Notes under the pieces: model-generated
Database searches by the model: none
The model's input: only the letters and a program-made list of their open reading frames with translations
What the model was told of the DNA's origin: nothing
Translations under genes and position numbers: made by a program
Shown here: positions 23,838-37,679 of the stretch, piece by piece
How positions within the stretch are numbered: the first letter of the stretch is position 1
How the letters are laid out: each line of letters opens with the position of its first letter
Source: Marsupella aquatica
Taxonomy: Eukaryota; Plantae; Marchantiophyta
Length of the DNA: 64,000 nucleotides
Assembly (NCBI GenBank): GCA_973895155.1
Contig: OZ316891.1
Location: 902,143 to 966,142 of the forward strand
Reading direction: 5' to 3'

Positions 23838-26594
23838 CTAGAATAACTGCTGCAGGACTTTTTGGCATTCTCTTAAAACGGCCACCCGTTTTAGCAACGT
23901 CTGTCGCTTCAGACGGGTGGAGGCGTTCTCTTCCATGAGAGCACCCAGATCCTTCCCCATCTTGGCCTTCAACAAGCCACTCCATAGACTCCTCAGAAGC
24001 GCATTTTCCAGCGCGTATCGGAGTTCCAACGGAATTTCGTCGGCCATTCGCTTGTGCACCACCTTGCAGTACGCCGCCAAGTTCACTTTCATGTCGAAGG
24101 CGGATTGATTTTCCGTCGACTTATTCAATGTCTCTTTCAAAAAGAAGGGTTCCTTGAAACCCTCAACTATGACACCGTCATTGATATTCCCCGCTTGGAA
24201 CTGTGTGACAGAGTCTCTAATCTTCTCGACATTTGTCATGTAGTACTCATTCATGGTAAAAACATTTGAGCGCTCTTTGTCAAGGACACGGCGAACAAAT
24301 TTTGCACACTTTCTCTGACATTGTGCCAGAACGTTCTCTGCGTCCTGCAAATCAACACATACGGCATATTAAAACACAAGAAGGAAAATACATATCACGT
24401 ACCAACATGATTCCCCGGCATGATTCTTAAAAGAAGTCTCCTAGCAATCTATTAGTAAACCGAAGGACGTACCAGTTTATAGGCCGCATTCAGGTTCGGG
24501 AACACACTGGTAGAGGTGTCAATTATGTCGACGGCAAACTTGCGCGCGTAATCATGTGCCTGTGGCACCAGATCAGTGCACACTACAGAGATCTTGTCAA
24601 TCTCCTCACTGACAAGTGTTCTCATCAGCGTGGGGGACAGAAAATTTGGTAGCGTCAATCCTCGCATCTCGGACATGCGCAGGAAGATTTCCTCCGTTTT
24701 TGTTTCGGGTAGTATTTCTTTCATGGCTTCATGAAGGTCGTCACTGAACTTCTGGAACATCTGGTCTAGCCTTGCAGGGTAGTGCATTTCCTTACGGTCT
24801 ACTAACTTGTCATAATTGCCATTCAGCATCACATCCTGCATTAGACTTTTGTTATGATTGACAATATTCAAGAACACGTTTGTCGGATCTTCGTCGCCTA
24901 GCACGCCCTGGGGAAGATCTTCCAGTTCCCTCTGCCTCTCTAGCAACGCCTTGTCAATCTGCTGCTGAATTCCTGGACAAGTTACCATCCGGCCAATGAA
25001 GATTTTCAGCCCTGAGATTATAGAACTATAGCTCCCACTTGTGATTTGTGTGTGCTGGGCCGGCTACCTGATGAGACTGACATGTTTCGAACTCATTTTT
25101 CGGCATTGGTGTAATAGGCCGTAAATTCTAATTAAAACTCCAGATCGAATCATTTCCCCATTACCTATTCTCACCAATGCAATCTCATGCAGTGCATTAA
25201 GCTTTACTAAGTGCGTGCCTCCTTCCTTCGTAAACCAAGTGAAGGCTTCGTTACCTGGTAGGCTCATTCGAATGATGCTAGCTTGGATTTGAGTCAGGCG
25301 TTCTGCCAATGCGGGGATCCCTACACAGCTTTTGTCCAGCTTCGAGAGGGAAGGATGTGTGTCAAAAAGTCTTCTCTCCTGCTCACGTGCTTCCTGATGA
25401 GAATCATCGTCATCTGTTTGGTTCCTGCAGCGCAGACAACAGCTCGAAATGTTAGTCCTTTGCGTTAGAACACACAGTTTCTGCAAAGAACAGTCACTTA
25501 GTGCAAGCAATCCCATCCGGGGAACACTCAGCTAGCTATCTCAGTGTTTGGACATCGCTATTTGCGCTAATCCTTAACCCGAAACAACAAACAACGAGAA
25601 CCTTACCGCACACAAATGTATCCTAGACCGATATTGACATCGTCCGCTGTCACTTTCTCGTAAACGTCGTCAGGGGCTCGATCCACTTTCGTCACCACAG
25701 CCAACGTTCTCACACCTTTCTTATCCTCCTCTTGTGACATTCTGATGGATTCGCATGTGGAGAAATCCACAGTTGCTGATAGGACATTCAGTATTACGGT
25801 TTCTTTCGGTTTCAGGTACTTCTGAATCATTGTTTTTATCTGTTCGTAGATATCGGCCGGCTGACCGTGGACTGGTACTCGTGTGATGCCTGCATTTCTT
25901 ATCACCAGATCTGCACGTTAGTTCAACTTGACAATACAACCACATTTAATCACACGAAATAAATGAATGGTGCTCGTCTGATCGAAATAGGGTGACGCGC
26001 TGGAGGAAAACTCATTTCTCTCTTTTCAAAGCCTTCAATTATAAGAAAGCCCTGCAGTTCCTCGAGTTCTATGGGAGTGTAGTGTTGAAAACACAGGCAA
26101 CCAAATGCACTCCACAACAAGTATATATCATCACTATACATAAGTCAGTATATCATTGTACCTGGGAGATCAATCATCGTCAGATCTGGCGCGTCTGGCC
26201 TCCGTATGTGGAGGGAAATTTTCCCGTCAGTGATGACACCTTTCCCAGCGCCCGCCAGGATACATGTCGCTGCATCAACCTCCAACTTGATCTCATCTTC
26301 TCTGATGGTTTTGATTTGACCATCGTACGATATGGTAATCGAACTCTGTTCCGAATCACGGCAACTCTCGAGTCGAAGGACAAGAGGGACTCGGGTAGCG
26401 ATGCCCTGTCCCCGGGGTAAGTTTATGGTGGCAAGCGACTCCAGAACAGAAGACTTGCCACTTGACTGATCGCCCACGACAACTATGCTGGGCAGAGAAA
26501 TGCCTTCGTTCGTCACCTTCAGATTTCTTAGCCTATCCACGGCATCCAGGAGAGGGCGGATGTTTCTATCGAACTTTTCGCTGAGGTCTGCCAT
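23838..26594 (-). CDS. Mx-like / DRP4 dynamin-related GTPase, copy Mx2, 5 exons, 630 aa
   Basis: Exons 26594-26162, 25889-25607, 25424-25255, 24972-24473, 24344-23838; sum 1893 nt; same intron phases as Mx1; G1-G4 intact. Confidence 0.93.
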
Positions 26595-28389
26595 ATTTCT
26601 CGCTACAACAACGAAGCGCTTCCACGGAATCCGTCCGGGATCTGATCGAATTCTCCAATGATATATCGATACCTGTCAGGAGCTGCTAGAGTTATATATC
26701 AACTAGGGAAGAGCTTAATGGGAAGATCGAGCGGCAGTACTGGAAGAACTAGGACAGCACACCGGAGTGCTCTGTCGTTACAAGATGCATGTACCACAAT
26801 TGTAGTTGGGCTAGACTGGCACGTCTACAGATTGTTGCACATTTGAATGCCGGATCATGAATCGTCTATAATTTAGTATACCGTTTTATAGGCAAAGAAA
26901 CTGAGCAGGAAACTTAGGAGAACGATCTACGACTGTTCGGCGGTACTCATAAGCACCATCATGAATGACCGTCAAATTTCCAAAGCGTGGGGAAAGAGAT
27001 GCGCAGTTTGACAAAGGTTTCTACGCACGCCGATATCGTACTGGAAAATAATCACGAGAGGCCCAATCATGGAAAGGCAAGGCTACCTTCACCGTCAGGG
27101 CAGCCAAAATTCCATGTAGAGGCTAGGGAAAGGATGAATTGAAGATTACAGGTACCCACTCAGTTGCTTATCACTGGTACGCCGCGGGCATAAATTCTAA
27201 GACTCGGCTACAATCAATTAGTTTCTCTCTCTGGGAGGAGCGAAAACTAAATAATATTACTTCCGCTTTGATTTCGTTCAAAGTGTTGTGAGAGATTTCG
27301 TTAGCATGTGCCTAAGAAGTCTGCCCTGTGAGGAGGGCCAAGGTCCTGAAAATTACTTGATGAGATTGTATGTTATTAACGGGCACTGTCACCCTATGGA
27401 CATGACATCTAAGTTGTGTCTTGCTGGAGTTTAGGATTACCCCAGCAGTACTTGCTTATTGGGAGGCAGAACCAGGCATGCAACTAAACAATACTCACGC
27501 GAGTCAAAACTATACCCCTCTTGCTTTGCAGAAACGTACCTAAGTAAAATCTCAGCAGTCTTATCAAAAAGATAACTCTCTTGCTTTGCAAAAACCTACG
27601 TAAATTCTCAGCAGTTTTAGAAAAAATGCACATTCGAGAATCCTGATCCAGCCCGCATATATAGGAACTCATCTCATCAATTGTTCGCTTTCTAAAGTCA
27701 AGAGCTCGTTGTACTCCATCGATTCTCAGCATGTCAATAACTCCTTGATGCAACATGCATGGGGATGCTTCATCTTAGTTGTAACATTAGAAGGACTCAC
27801 AGCATTCTTTCGTATCGATTGAGGTATCCTGTACGGTTTTCCCCTTTGTGTAGTGTGCTACGTCGTCCAAGGCAATTTAATATTTCACTCAAGAAAATAA
27901 TTAGTATATCCATTTGCGGTTTAGGGTTGTAAATGTTATAAGATCGGGGCTGAAAACGATTCTTTGGAACGTACGCTGCCTATTTTTTATAAACCTTTGA
28001 ACTACTTATGATACCTAGCCCAGGAAGGTGACTTAGAGTACAGTTTCGTGAATCTTATGCTTGGTTATTATCTGATCTGTTCGCCTGTTATATTGGACAA
28101 AATTGAAGCCTTACTAGTCCAAGTGTGGAGCTGGGTGGAGAACGCATGCAAATCCGAAATTCCTTTTTAGGGTTTGCGCTTATGGGTTTAGGGTTTTCTT
28201 CGTATTTGTTTAACTGCAAATTTTCCTTTGTAGATGCTTTTTTCTTTGTTAAACTGTGCATTTATCCACTTGTGCACTTAGGGTTGCAGTTATGGTTTAT
28301 GTTTACTCTTGCATTGGTTAGGTGCATATGCAGCTTTGTAAAGTAAATTTCCTTTGTTACGGAATGCACGTATGGAGGTTTTGCGGTTA

Positions 28390-29345
28390 TATTGCAGTTA
28401 TGTGGCGTGCACTTAGCGGTTTTCGTTCTGGCTCGACATTCCCTCGATGTTTTTGGACTTTGATGTTGCGCTTGTCTTTCAGGTTCCTATCGGCCACTGC
28501 TGTGCTTCTCGAATCCAGGCTGTTTCGAAGGTCCTGAATCTCTCTCGTTCGATGTTGTGCCTCAGTCATGAGCGCCTCGATCTGGGTCGATTTTGTTCCA
28601 TTGATTGTCCATGCTGAATGATACTGAGGCCAGCTTTCGCTGATTGGGGCTCTCGCTTCGGCCTGCTTCGATCCTTATTCCCGGATCTGCCTTACTCGGT
28701 CTTCCTCTTCTCTATGGGCGATCGTTATAAGGCCGGGTCGAAGCCATGTAGTTACTTGATAGCTTCCCCCGCGCTCTCTTTCCTTCCGTTTTCGCAAGCC
28801 TTTGTCCTTCGCCGTCTGCTCACCGGCGACTAAAAGTTTCGTGTATTCCCTTGTCTCTTGCGGTTTGTTTTTGAGATTTCTTAGGCTGCGAGAAATCCGA
28901 GTACGATTTCCTATCTCCTCCTTCCTTCGATGGTTCAATTTCGCTGGGGAGTTATCGATGTTTCTTCGGCCCTATCTCCTTCGATTTTTTAAGAAGGTCT
29001 TAATTGCGCTGCGTTCCTATTCCTTTTCGCCTCTGTCATGTGGCCTCTCAGTTCCCGATCTCCTCCAATTATGTTCGATCTCTCTCAATGCAGGCATCGT
29101 CTCTCGATTCAGGCATCATCTCCTGATTCATCCCTATCGGACCCTTTCGCTTTGCATTTTTCGGAAGTCCTAATGGTTTCTTCATTGTACTCACTCGCTT
29201 GCGGTCTTTTTAATTTCTTCTTGCTCAATCGTTACTCAATTCGCCATAGGATTTCTTCTCGATTCTCTGCTGTTCTCTCTTTGGATTGTTCCTCCCGATC
29301 CTTCATTCAACCTTTTAAAAAACTTTCAATGTTCCATGGTCTTCT
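28390..29345 (-). pseudogene. Decayed E/K/R-rich (coiled-coil-like) reading frame, probably transposon-derived
   Basis: Strongly purine-biased minus strand giving charged fragments broken by many stops and frameshifts; no recognisable domain. Confidence 0.3.
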
Positions 29346-29999
29346 CCTTTCTTTCTTGGCTCCGCTGGTAAGTCCTCGTGCTGATAACGTGTTTGATGAG
29401 AATGAATATCGATCTCTGTATAGTCTGTATAATGGTACATATAGTGGTGCCAGGATGACCGGCTGATCCGGTCATCCGGTCAAGGTAGAGTCTAACAAAG
29501 TGAAAATAACTTGGTTGAAAGGCATTGAGGGTGCGGAAGATATATCTGAGCTTTCATGGAGGGGCTGAGGAGTGGGCTTGGTTGAAGTGCCTCAGCAAGG
29601 ATTCACCAACACCCTTGAGCGTCGTGTTCTCTCATAATTACAGACACATGACGGGTACTCGACTCGCTCAATTCACTTGATCTTGCATCAGTCTTTGTGT
29701 TCTGAGGTGACAGCTGGCCGTATGATATATTCATTTCAAGCTGTGGGAGGTCTCGGATCGATAGTAGAGCGTAATTTCTTTCCTACGTACATATAACACT
29801 CGTATGGAAATGACATATATAGCAAACTCTAGCTGATATGACTTGTCGGTTTGTACACTTTTGCAATCATCACAGCCCACTAGTTACTTTCATTTGACTT
29901 GAATTCTGGTTCAGTAGTACCAGGCCGGACACCTATCCCAACAGTCCTCTGAAAACGTCTAGTGCATTCTGCATCAGTCTTCTAGGTTTTCGCGGTTTC

Positions 30000-30830
30000 T
30001 TGTACAGTGCTAGCTACGAGGGGAACGGGGCAGGCTTCATGGGGCGAAATTCTTCATGAAAGCACAGTACATCGCACGTAAACTTCCTTGACTGGCTGTA
30101 AGACGATTTATCAATAGTGAGAACCTTTAGCTTGTCAGAGCCTATGGCAAGAACTCATTAGCTTTATGCGTTGTCTCCAGACGGAAGAGAGAACTCCACT
30201 CACTAGAACGTTTCAATCAGCAACTTTCCGCAAGGTAGAAGACTGACCACAACAAGGCTGAATGTAAATGTAGAGTCAATCGGTGCCGTCCATCCATTTC
30301 GATCAAAGAAGTCAGGATACGAAAGCAAGAGCCAAAACTTGAGGGGAACATGCTAAACTAAGAGCTGAGAAGGCTAAAACAAAACAGGACGAGCACTGAC
30401 TGAGACGGGATAAGACCAAACTGCGAGCAAAGACGAAGCCTCTGGAAACTGCTGAAGGCCTTAACCTATAAGGGAGAACAACAGACTGCTCGTCAGAAGA
30501 TCAGCTTTCTCAGCAAGGATTTGAAACGGGGTTTGGAAATTGCTGAATCAAGTCAAAGCGCTAGAGGGCGGGCTAGAGGGAAACAAACTGCGAGAAGGAC
30601 CACTTAGTTAGCATCTGAAAATTAATTCCTCAAGCCATACATACTAGTCCACTAGACTATAGAGAACAACCGCATGCACGATAAGAACAACAGTCAGCTT
30701 CTCATGAAATTGGGATCCAGAACTTGTATATACCGAGAAGAATCTGAAGTACATAAAAGCGTGCGCTACATCTGTCAGGACTCCCCAGAGTTGATAGTCC
30801 ATCTGTTTCCGCTGCGCACATATTTCAATT
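30000..30830 (+). mobile_element. Possible decayed LINE 3' region (zf-RVT-like)
   Basis: A-rich broken frames ending in ICQDSPELIVHLF, resembling the C..C...E...HLF zinc motif at the end of LINE ORF2. Confidence 0.3.
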
Positions 30831-32472
30831 ATTGACTCAACTGCTTAGTAAAACACACTAGCTTACTTTAGCAAAACCCACATTTCTTCGTAGTCGACCC
30901 TAGCAACCATTTTGGTTTGTGGCTTTATGGGGCCAAGAGTATTCATTTGTCTTCGCGAATATGGACGTCCACCATTTTACTAAACACTTAAATTTTGGAG
31001 TTGCACAGACTCTACAAGCACTGTAACCAAGACACTATCATCCAGAAATAAATATAATGAACTGATTTGAAACTTCCATTTTCCCATATTTCCCATTCAT
31101 TTACATCACGCGTTCTTTGTGGTGAGTTTACAAGAGCTGGAATTTTGAGTTCATTTATCTGGCGTAGTAAAGAACACATATCATGTCATAAGGAGCAATT
31201 TAAATTAGCATTTTACAGTACTGTAAAGAGATTACAAAATTGGCTGCAGCCTGTATATGATTCGTATATCAAAGAAAAATGTGTGCTGCATATCCAGTCT
31301 CAATTGAAGAAGATCTATAAGTCTCAAGGGCTTATCCAGAACCACAATAAGTGGGTTGCTTACTTCAAATTTCAGTATTGAGGGGAGGACATGGAGACAT
31401 TTCCTACTCAATACCGGGATGCTCTTGATTCGATGTGCGGCTGCGGGCATTGTCATTGATACTGTTGTTCAAACCATTGATAACGTTTGCCCCTTTGATC
31501 TGTCTGACTGTCTATCTAGCTTCTGGGCACAACAAAATTTAAATAAACACGCCCCCCCCCCCCCCTCCCCCAACTTCTTTCTTCTCCCCTCCCTTGCACT
31601 TTAAATTTTCCTTTCCTTCCCACACTCAGCCACTCTCTTACCTTTTGCTACATTTGCAAACTATTATCAATCTAGAATGCTTGATACAAAAGTGGGCACA
31701 AAAGACTATGGGCAAACAATTGTCTGGCCGGTCTCAGCCGGTTTCAAAGAAAATCAATCCTAGCTACGGGAAAGGCTAAAAACAAAACTTCATGCTAACA
31801 AAGGTCTCAGTGAGCGGGTTTCAAAGAAAATCCCTGAGAAAATCGATCCACCCAACCCATTCTTTTATAATTACTCAAACCAAAATCTAGATTTCTGTTT
31901 AAAAATAGGTGAGAAGTTTAGAAAAGGGGGAAAATTAGATTTTTAATTTTATTTTAATTTTAGAATTAATTATGTACTTTGTTTAAAAATGCCCTCTCGC
32001 AAGGAAAAACATATAAACAAAGACCATTTTGCAAAAAAATGTATAACCTGGGCCCCTCAATATTACGTCAACCCCCTGAGAATAGACACTCCCCATGTAC
32101 CCCTTCTAAATGTTTTTGCTGACAAAGTTTTTCAAGGAATTGAAAACACCCTTGAATTTTTTTTTTTAATTCAAATATCATAAGGAAACAGATAGGGGAC
32201 CTGTATGTTACGCCCGATGTTGAAGGTATATATTTTATATAGATAAATAACATTATTTAGTACCAGAGAATTATAGTTCTTCCTATTAATATAGTATGTG
32301 ATTGTAACTCTGGTAACTTGTAGACCACGTAGAGATAAACCTCTGGGCTCTTGGGATTTGGAACATAATCATTTGATTTACCGCCAACTCTCTTTCCTCA
32401 TACTTTTCCTCTATGTGCTCGCGAAAGTGCCTCTGAACTTCTAGCTTCATGAGTACTATATATATGTACATC

Positions 32473-32749
32473 CTCGTGGGTCTCACTATATGGATGCCTC
32501 CCAATCACCTGCAATGTTTTTAGGTCTCAGACCCCCTAAAATGTAAGAAAAAATTTATTTTTTTGAACCCTATAAAGTTAGAAAATTTTGGTTATAAGGA
32601 CCCTAATGTTCTTATAAGTCCCAAAATTGGATTTAAAAAACCTTATTGTTCTTTTCAGAAAATTCTTAAGTCTTCCCTTCGAACCAATCAAATGACCCTA
32701 TACTACGTCGCACGTGATATGTCATTTTTGTGGAAGTAAAACCCCCAAG
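32473..32749 (+). mobile_element. MITE family A (8-bp TSD, hAT-like), copy 1
   Basis: TIRs CTCGTGGGTCTCAC / GTAAAACCCCCAAG; perfect TSD TGTACATC; homologous to 50313-50609. A more diverged inverted relative follows at ~32803-33010. Confidence 0.85.
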
Positions 32750-35700
32750 TGTACATCATCTAGGAATAATTCTCCATAGTCTGCAACAAATATTGTTTGA
32801 GCCCCGGGGTCCTCACTTCTTTTTTTCCAACCCATCACGCGCAAATAAGTATAGGGTTTTTTTATTGGGTTAAATAGTGATTGAAACTCTTATTGAAAGA
32901 CTTTTTAAAAAAATTTGTTGAAGAACATTAGGGTTCTTTTAATCCAATTTTGAGAATTATAAGAATCATAGGATTTTTGGAAACAAAAGTTGAGAATATT
33001 CCATTAAGTTAGGGATAAAACAATCGCTCAAAAAAACTTTATTGACTTAAGTTTAGGTGTTTATTCCCCAAAACTGTGCGCATGATATGGGACACCCCTT
33101 GGATTGAGGCCCCTATGCTAGGTTTGAGCACCCAGTACCCCCCTCCAGGCCTCCACCCCAATGATCAAGGGAGTACACCGCCCCCCCACACACACACAAA
33201 CACGTCTGGCCTCATACCTGGCCGTTTGATTCAAGGCCCGGATTCAAGGGAATTCAAAAGTAATCCTATCAGTCTGTGCGATTGATCCGTGCATGGGTCC
33301 CCATCAATCCCAAAATCCCAACCAAGTTGGCCAAAGATCATGGCCCAACATTTACTCAACTACCCAACTTAACTCCTAATCATGCAGGTAAACATGTCTA
33401 CCCAAACCCATTTGTCGCACCATAAGGAGGCCACAAAACCAAACTTGCCTTAAGATGACAAATTATTAAATGTCTGATTTACTATATGGACATGTGTGCC
33501 AATGAAGTGATGACATGTGTGCCAACCATATAGTGACATGTGTCATTGGCATTTTGGGTACCATTGCATAAGTTAGATAAATGTGACATGTATTTGATAA
33601 GAGCCTTCATATTAATATTGTACGTGCCGAATGTATAATTATACAGGGATTTCTTAACCATTAAAGGAAAAAAAATTCCTTACCCTTTTTTATCCCTCCC
33701 CTTAAGGTACCTAAGTAACCCTTAATGCTCCATCCTAGCTCCATCCCAGCTCAAAGAATCAAAATGTCTCTTTTTAATTCCTCCTCTCCTTTCAGTACCC
33801 TTAATTCTATCCCTGCCCCACATTTAATTTAGAGAAAAAAAGAATGTAAAAGTGACCATCCATGCATGTTGTCTGTGTCCATCCTTTCTCCTAAATAGAA
33901 AGGAAGAAAAAGGAATAGAAACACAAAAAGGTCACTTAAAAGATGCTCTTAATTATTTAGCCCCTTCAAAAGTCCGAGTAGTCTCTCTTCCGTGTGAAGA
34001 ACGGGGTGAAGAATAATATTAATATCTTAATTTCTTAACAATTATTCCTCCAATCTTACTTAATTAGCCCCCTCAAAAGAGTCGTCCCTCTTCCAGGTGA
34101 CCCATTTCACCCAAATGAAAAGAAATTAAAAAGAATGAAATTAAAACAAGGATAAAACAAAACATGGATTGCTCCCACACAAACAGCTAGGTCTTTTAAA
34201 AAGAGTCGCCCCTCTTATTCAACCCCTTGGAAAGAGTACGTGTCCCAGGTGACCCATTTCATCCAAAGAAAAGAAATAAGAAGAAACAAACACATTGAAA
34301 GTTGAAGAAAATAAAGTATGAGGGAGCCATTGATGCCATTGATAATAGTACGCACTCGAGAAGAGGGGCTGGCTGAATGGCTTGTTAGATGTAGGCAACA
34401 TGTCTATTGTTGGTCTGCTGTCATCCACTGCGGGGAAGGAACCTTTGACTTACTTTGCGTCTCTTCCTCTTGTATCAATCTCTATGGTGTATATGACTGG
34501 CGAGGAATTTTCAGACCTTTGACCAATCCAAGTTGTCTGAGGATTTTTGATCAGTTGCTGGTCTTTTCTAAGACCCTTGTCATGACCACTTGAATGCTAT
34601 AGCTGCAGCCTTTGCCTTGGGCAGGAAGCACCGATCATAGCTTATTCAGGCCATCTTCATCTTAGCTGAAGAACAACTTAGTTAGGATTCTTGGCAGCGA
34701 TGTACGCTGCACTGTTACCCATTGACTAGTGTTAATTTCGAGGTTAATTTGGGCTGATGTTGCTTTTGATGTGCTGAACTAGGTAAATTCCTTTGCCCTA
34801 ATATTTTACACTTGGCTTGGGGTTTTTGTAGTACAATGGCCTGAGCTAGGATATGGTGAACACTGTTCGGACCCTAATTGTTGATTCTCTCATCTAAACA
34901 CTACCGTTAGCGCTAGTGGTGGACCTTGTCACCCAACGCCCTTGCCAATCCTAGCACCCACACCTAATAAGTGCTATGGGTGCCCAAATGCCTCCACAAA
35001 ACTCCTTGAGCAAGCAACTTGGTGCCCCTTGCACCCCCAGTGGTCACTCCTATACAAAATCACACTTGCTCCCTAACACAACTGTCAGTCAACGGTCCTC
35101 ACTATCTACACAAGCAACCAAACACCTCGGCAAGTAAGCCCCAAGTAACCCAAAGGATCTAGGCCTTCCAAGAATAACATTGTAACTCAAGCTCAACAGA
35201 CATTGGTAAGTTAGTAGGACAACAAATAGAACCTCCCTGACCCGCATGGCCTTGCCATAAGCTGAAGCTAGGGCTAACATCCACTATTTGTCCTGGACAA
35301 CCCCTCTTTGGGTGTCATCAGTGCTTCCCCACTTTCTATCAATCCCTGGCTGACTGCCCTAATCCTACAACATGCTCATGGCCCAATAATGTAGCTTGTC
35401 ACAAAGCTTGTCTCAAGCTTGAATGTCCTAAAACGCAAAGACCAAATTGGCCTTGACTCTAGCAACCAACTCAAGGTTCTCACTCAATTGAAAGCCTAGG
35501 GCCCAAGTGCACTTGGAACTCAACCTCCATGTCTACTTGGCTTTGCCTCCCCAATGCAAGCTCACATGGGAAACTGAACCCCGAACTGAACGTGGCTTGA
35601 TTGTTGTTTTGGCAGAATTTGGCAAGCGGGCGAGATAGCCTCCACAAACCTCGAGAATCCATGACACCCCAAAACCCAGACGAGCTAGAGGATGTATTCC

Positions 35701-36012
35701 TCCTCAGGATCTAAACCCTAAGTATTTCCCCAGATCTTACCGTATGTCCGAACACCCCCAAGTTCCATCTTCCATTTGTTGATTTGATTACATCCTTCAG
35801 TCCCAAGGTCTTTTAATTACACCCATACATCCTCTAGAGGTAGATACAAATAATTGTCAGATAGGCAAAAAATATCATTACCAATGTTCGAGCCCCTCAC
35901 AAGGAAGCCTGAGGAAATCCTTGAAAACTTCAAGACGGGCTCCACATTTATACCTGGTTTGGACTTGTTGGACAAATAGGGCCATTTGGGGCGACAAATG
36001 ACATATGTCGCC

Positions 36013-36495
36013 CCCGGGTACACAACTCTTCTATAATAGATAGGGGTCTACATTTTTATAATTATGGACTAAAAAGTTGGCTATACAAAATAATTAAAAT
36101 TTGAAAAAAACCTAGGTTTTCCACTTTTAAAAATTTTCAAGTCATATAAAAGGTTTGGTTTTCTTCTTTCTCCATATGAAATTAAAAAACATTCCTATAC
36201 ATGTTGTAATTTTTATTAAAAGATTTTTAAATTTCAGTAAAAATCCTAAAAAGCTGGCTAGTTTGGCTATGGACCCCTGTATTAAAAAAAACCCATATAA
36301 TTTGCTTTTGATCAACTTTTTGTACATCAAAACATGTTTTTATTTTTTATTTTTAAGTTACATTTTAGGATTCCTGGAGTCAAGAGGTACAAGACTTTAG
36401 TAGACTAAAATGAAATCTAAGATGGTCAATTGGATATAAGGCCATTATAAGGAATTACAAACTTGCCTTATAAAAAGGGGAGTTGCATACCTGGG
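36013..36495 (+). mobile_element. MITE family B (8-bp TSD), copy 1
   Basis: TIRs CCCGGGTACACAACTC / GAGTTGCATACCTGGG; perfect TSD ATGTCGCC; homologous (inverted) to 55921-56395. Confidence 0.88.
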
Positions 36496-36681
36496 ATGTC
36501 GCCCGGTCTATCCCGGCCGGGATTGGGCGGGGAGGGCCAGCTCACTTAACAGGGGGTCGGTGGATTGGCTGGCTCACTTAACCCGGAGTCCGACCGGGGG
36601 AGTCCGGGACCGGGGCAGGAGACCTGGATTTATAGGTTGTAGTCTCTGGTGATAAGAGACCGGGATTTATAGGGTTCTAGT

Positions 36682-36954
36682 CAGGGTTTTTAGTGGCGAA
36701 AATTTGCTAGATTCCACCTCCCCAAAAATCCTTCACCACTTTTGGCTAAAATTTGCTACTTTTTGGCTGTCTCATTAGCCAGTGTTCCACCTAATCCCAG
36801 GCCCCATTAGCCAAAATCTAACTGTCCGCCTTAAATCTAGGGAGATCTAAAGGTCAGGAAAATAATTGAATACAGAATCTTTGGAGCATCTTCTCCTTGA
36901 CACACTTTACATTCGCCACCTTGGCGAAAAAGTGAAATCCTTAAAAAAACACTG
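36682..36954. mobile_element. hAT-type MITE family C
   Basis: TIRs CAGGGTTTTT / AAAAAACACTG; TSD GTTCTAGT / GTTGTAGT (7/8); inserted in the second unit of a short tandem duplication. Confidence 0.7.
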
Positions 36955-37679
36955 GTTGTAGTCTCTCGTGATAAGAGTGCAGGTCACCAATTAGCGTCCA
37001 TCATAGTAAAGGAATAAATTGGCGGAAGCTACAAGGAAGGAGCGCGCCGCGACGAGCTATCCTAGGAACAATTTGTCATGATGAGTAAACTGTACATAAA
37101 TGGTGCGTCGATCTTGATGACTATGCTGGCGGCGGCATGCTCATTGCTCGATGTCGTCGACCTAGTCGACTCTAACTATCGCCGACTTTATTCAAGTTGA
37201 ACTATCTATCGGGAGATCACATTGCAAACTGCATTTTCTGTCATGCGTGGAAGTAGTACGCATCCAGGCCGCATTGCACTCTCGAGGTTCTGTGCATTTC
37301 TGTGATTTGAACTTGGTTGATACTACTGCCTTGTGGAGAGTGTGCAGGGCCCAAAGCCCTGGGTCTCAGAAGGCTCGGTTTAACTCGGCATGATCGTGTG
37401 AATACGAAGGTTATATCATCGACTCGAGTCACAGCAATTCTGTGCGTGTGTGATTTCAATTTGATTGATAACGATGCCTGTGGCAATGTGCAGGGTCCTA
37501 ATTGCTGAGTACCAGAACGCTCGGCTTAGCATGGCATGATTGTGAACAATAAAATTACAGCATTGACTCCCGTCGTGAGGCCAGGTCGACTTTGAATTCA
37601 GTGGGCTACCATCGTCGATGCGCAAGTGGGCTACCGTTACAGTACAGTAGCTGAGTTGGCTGACGACGCGAGGACTGAA

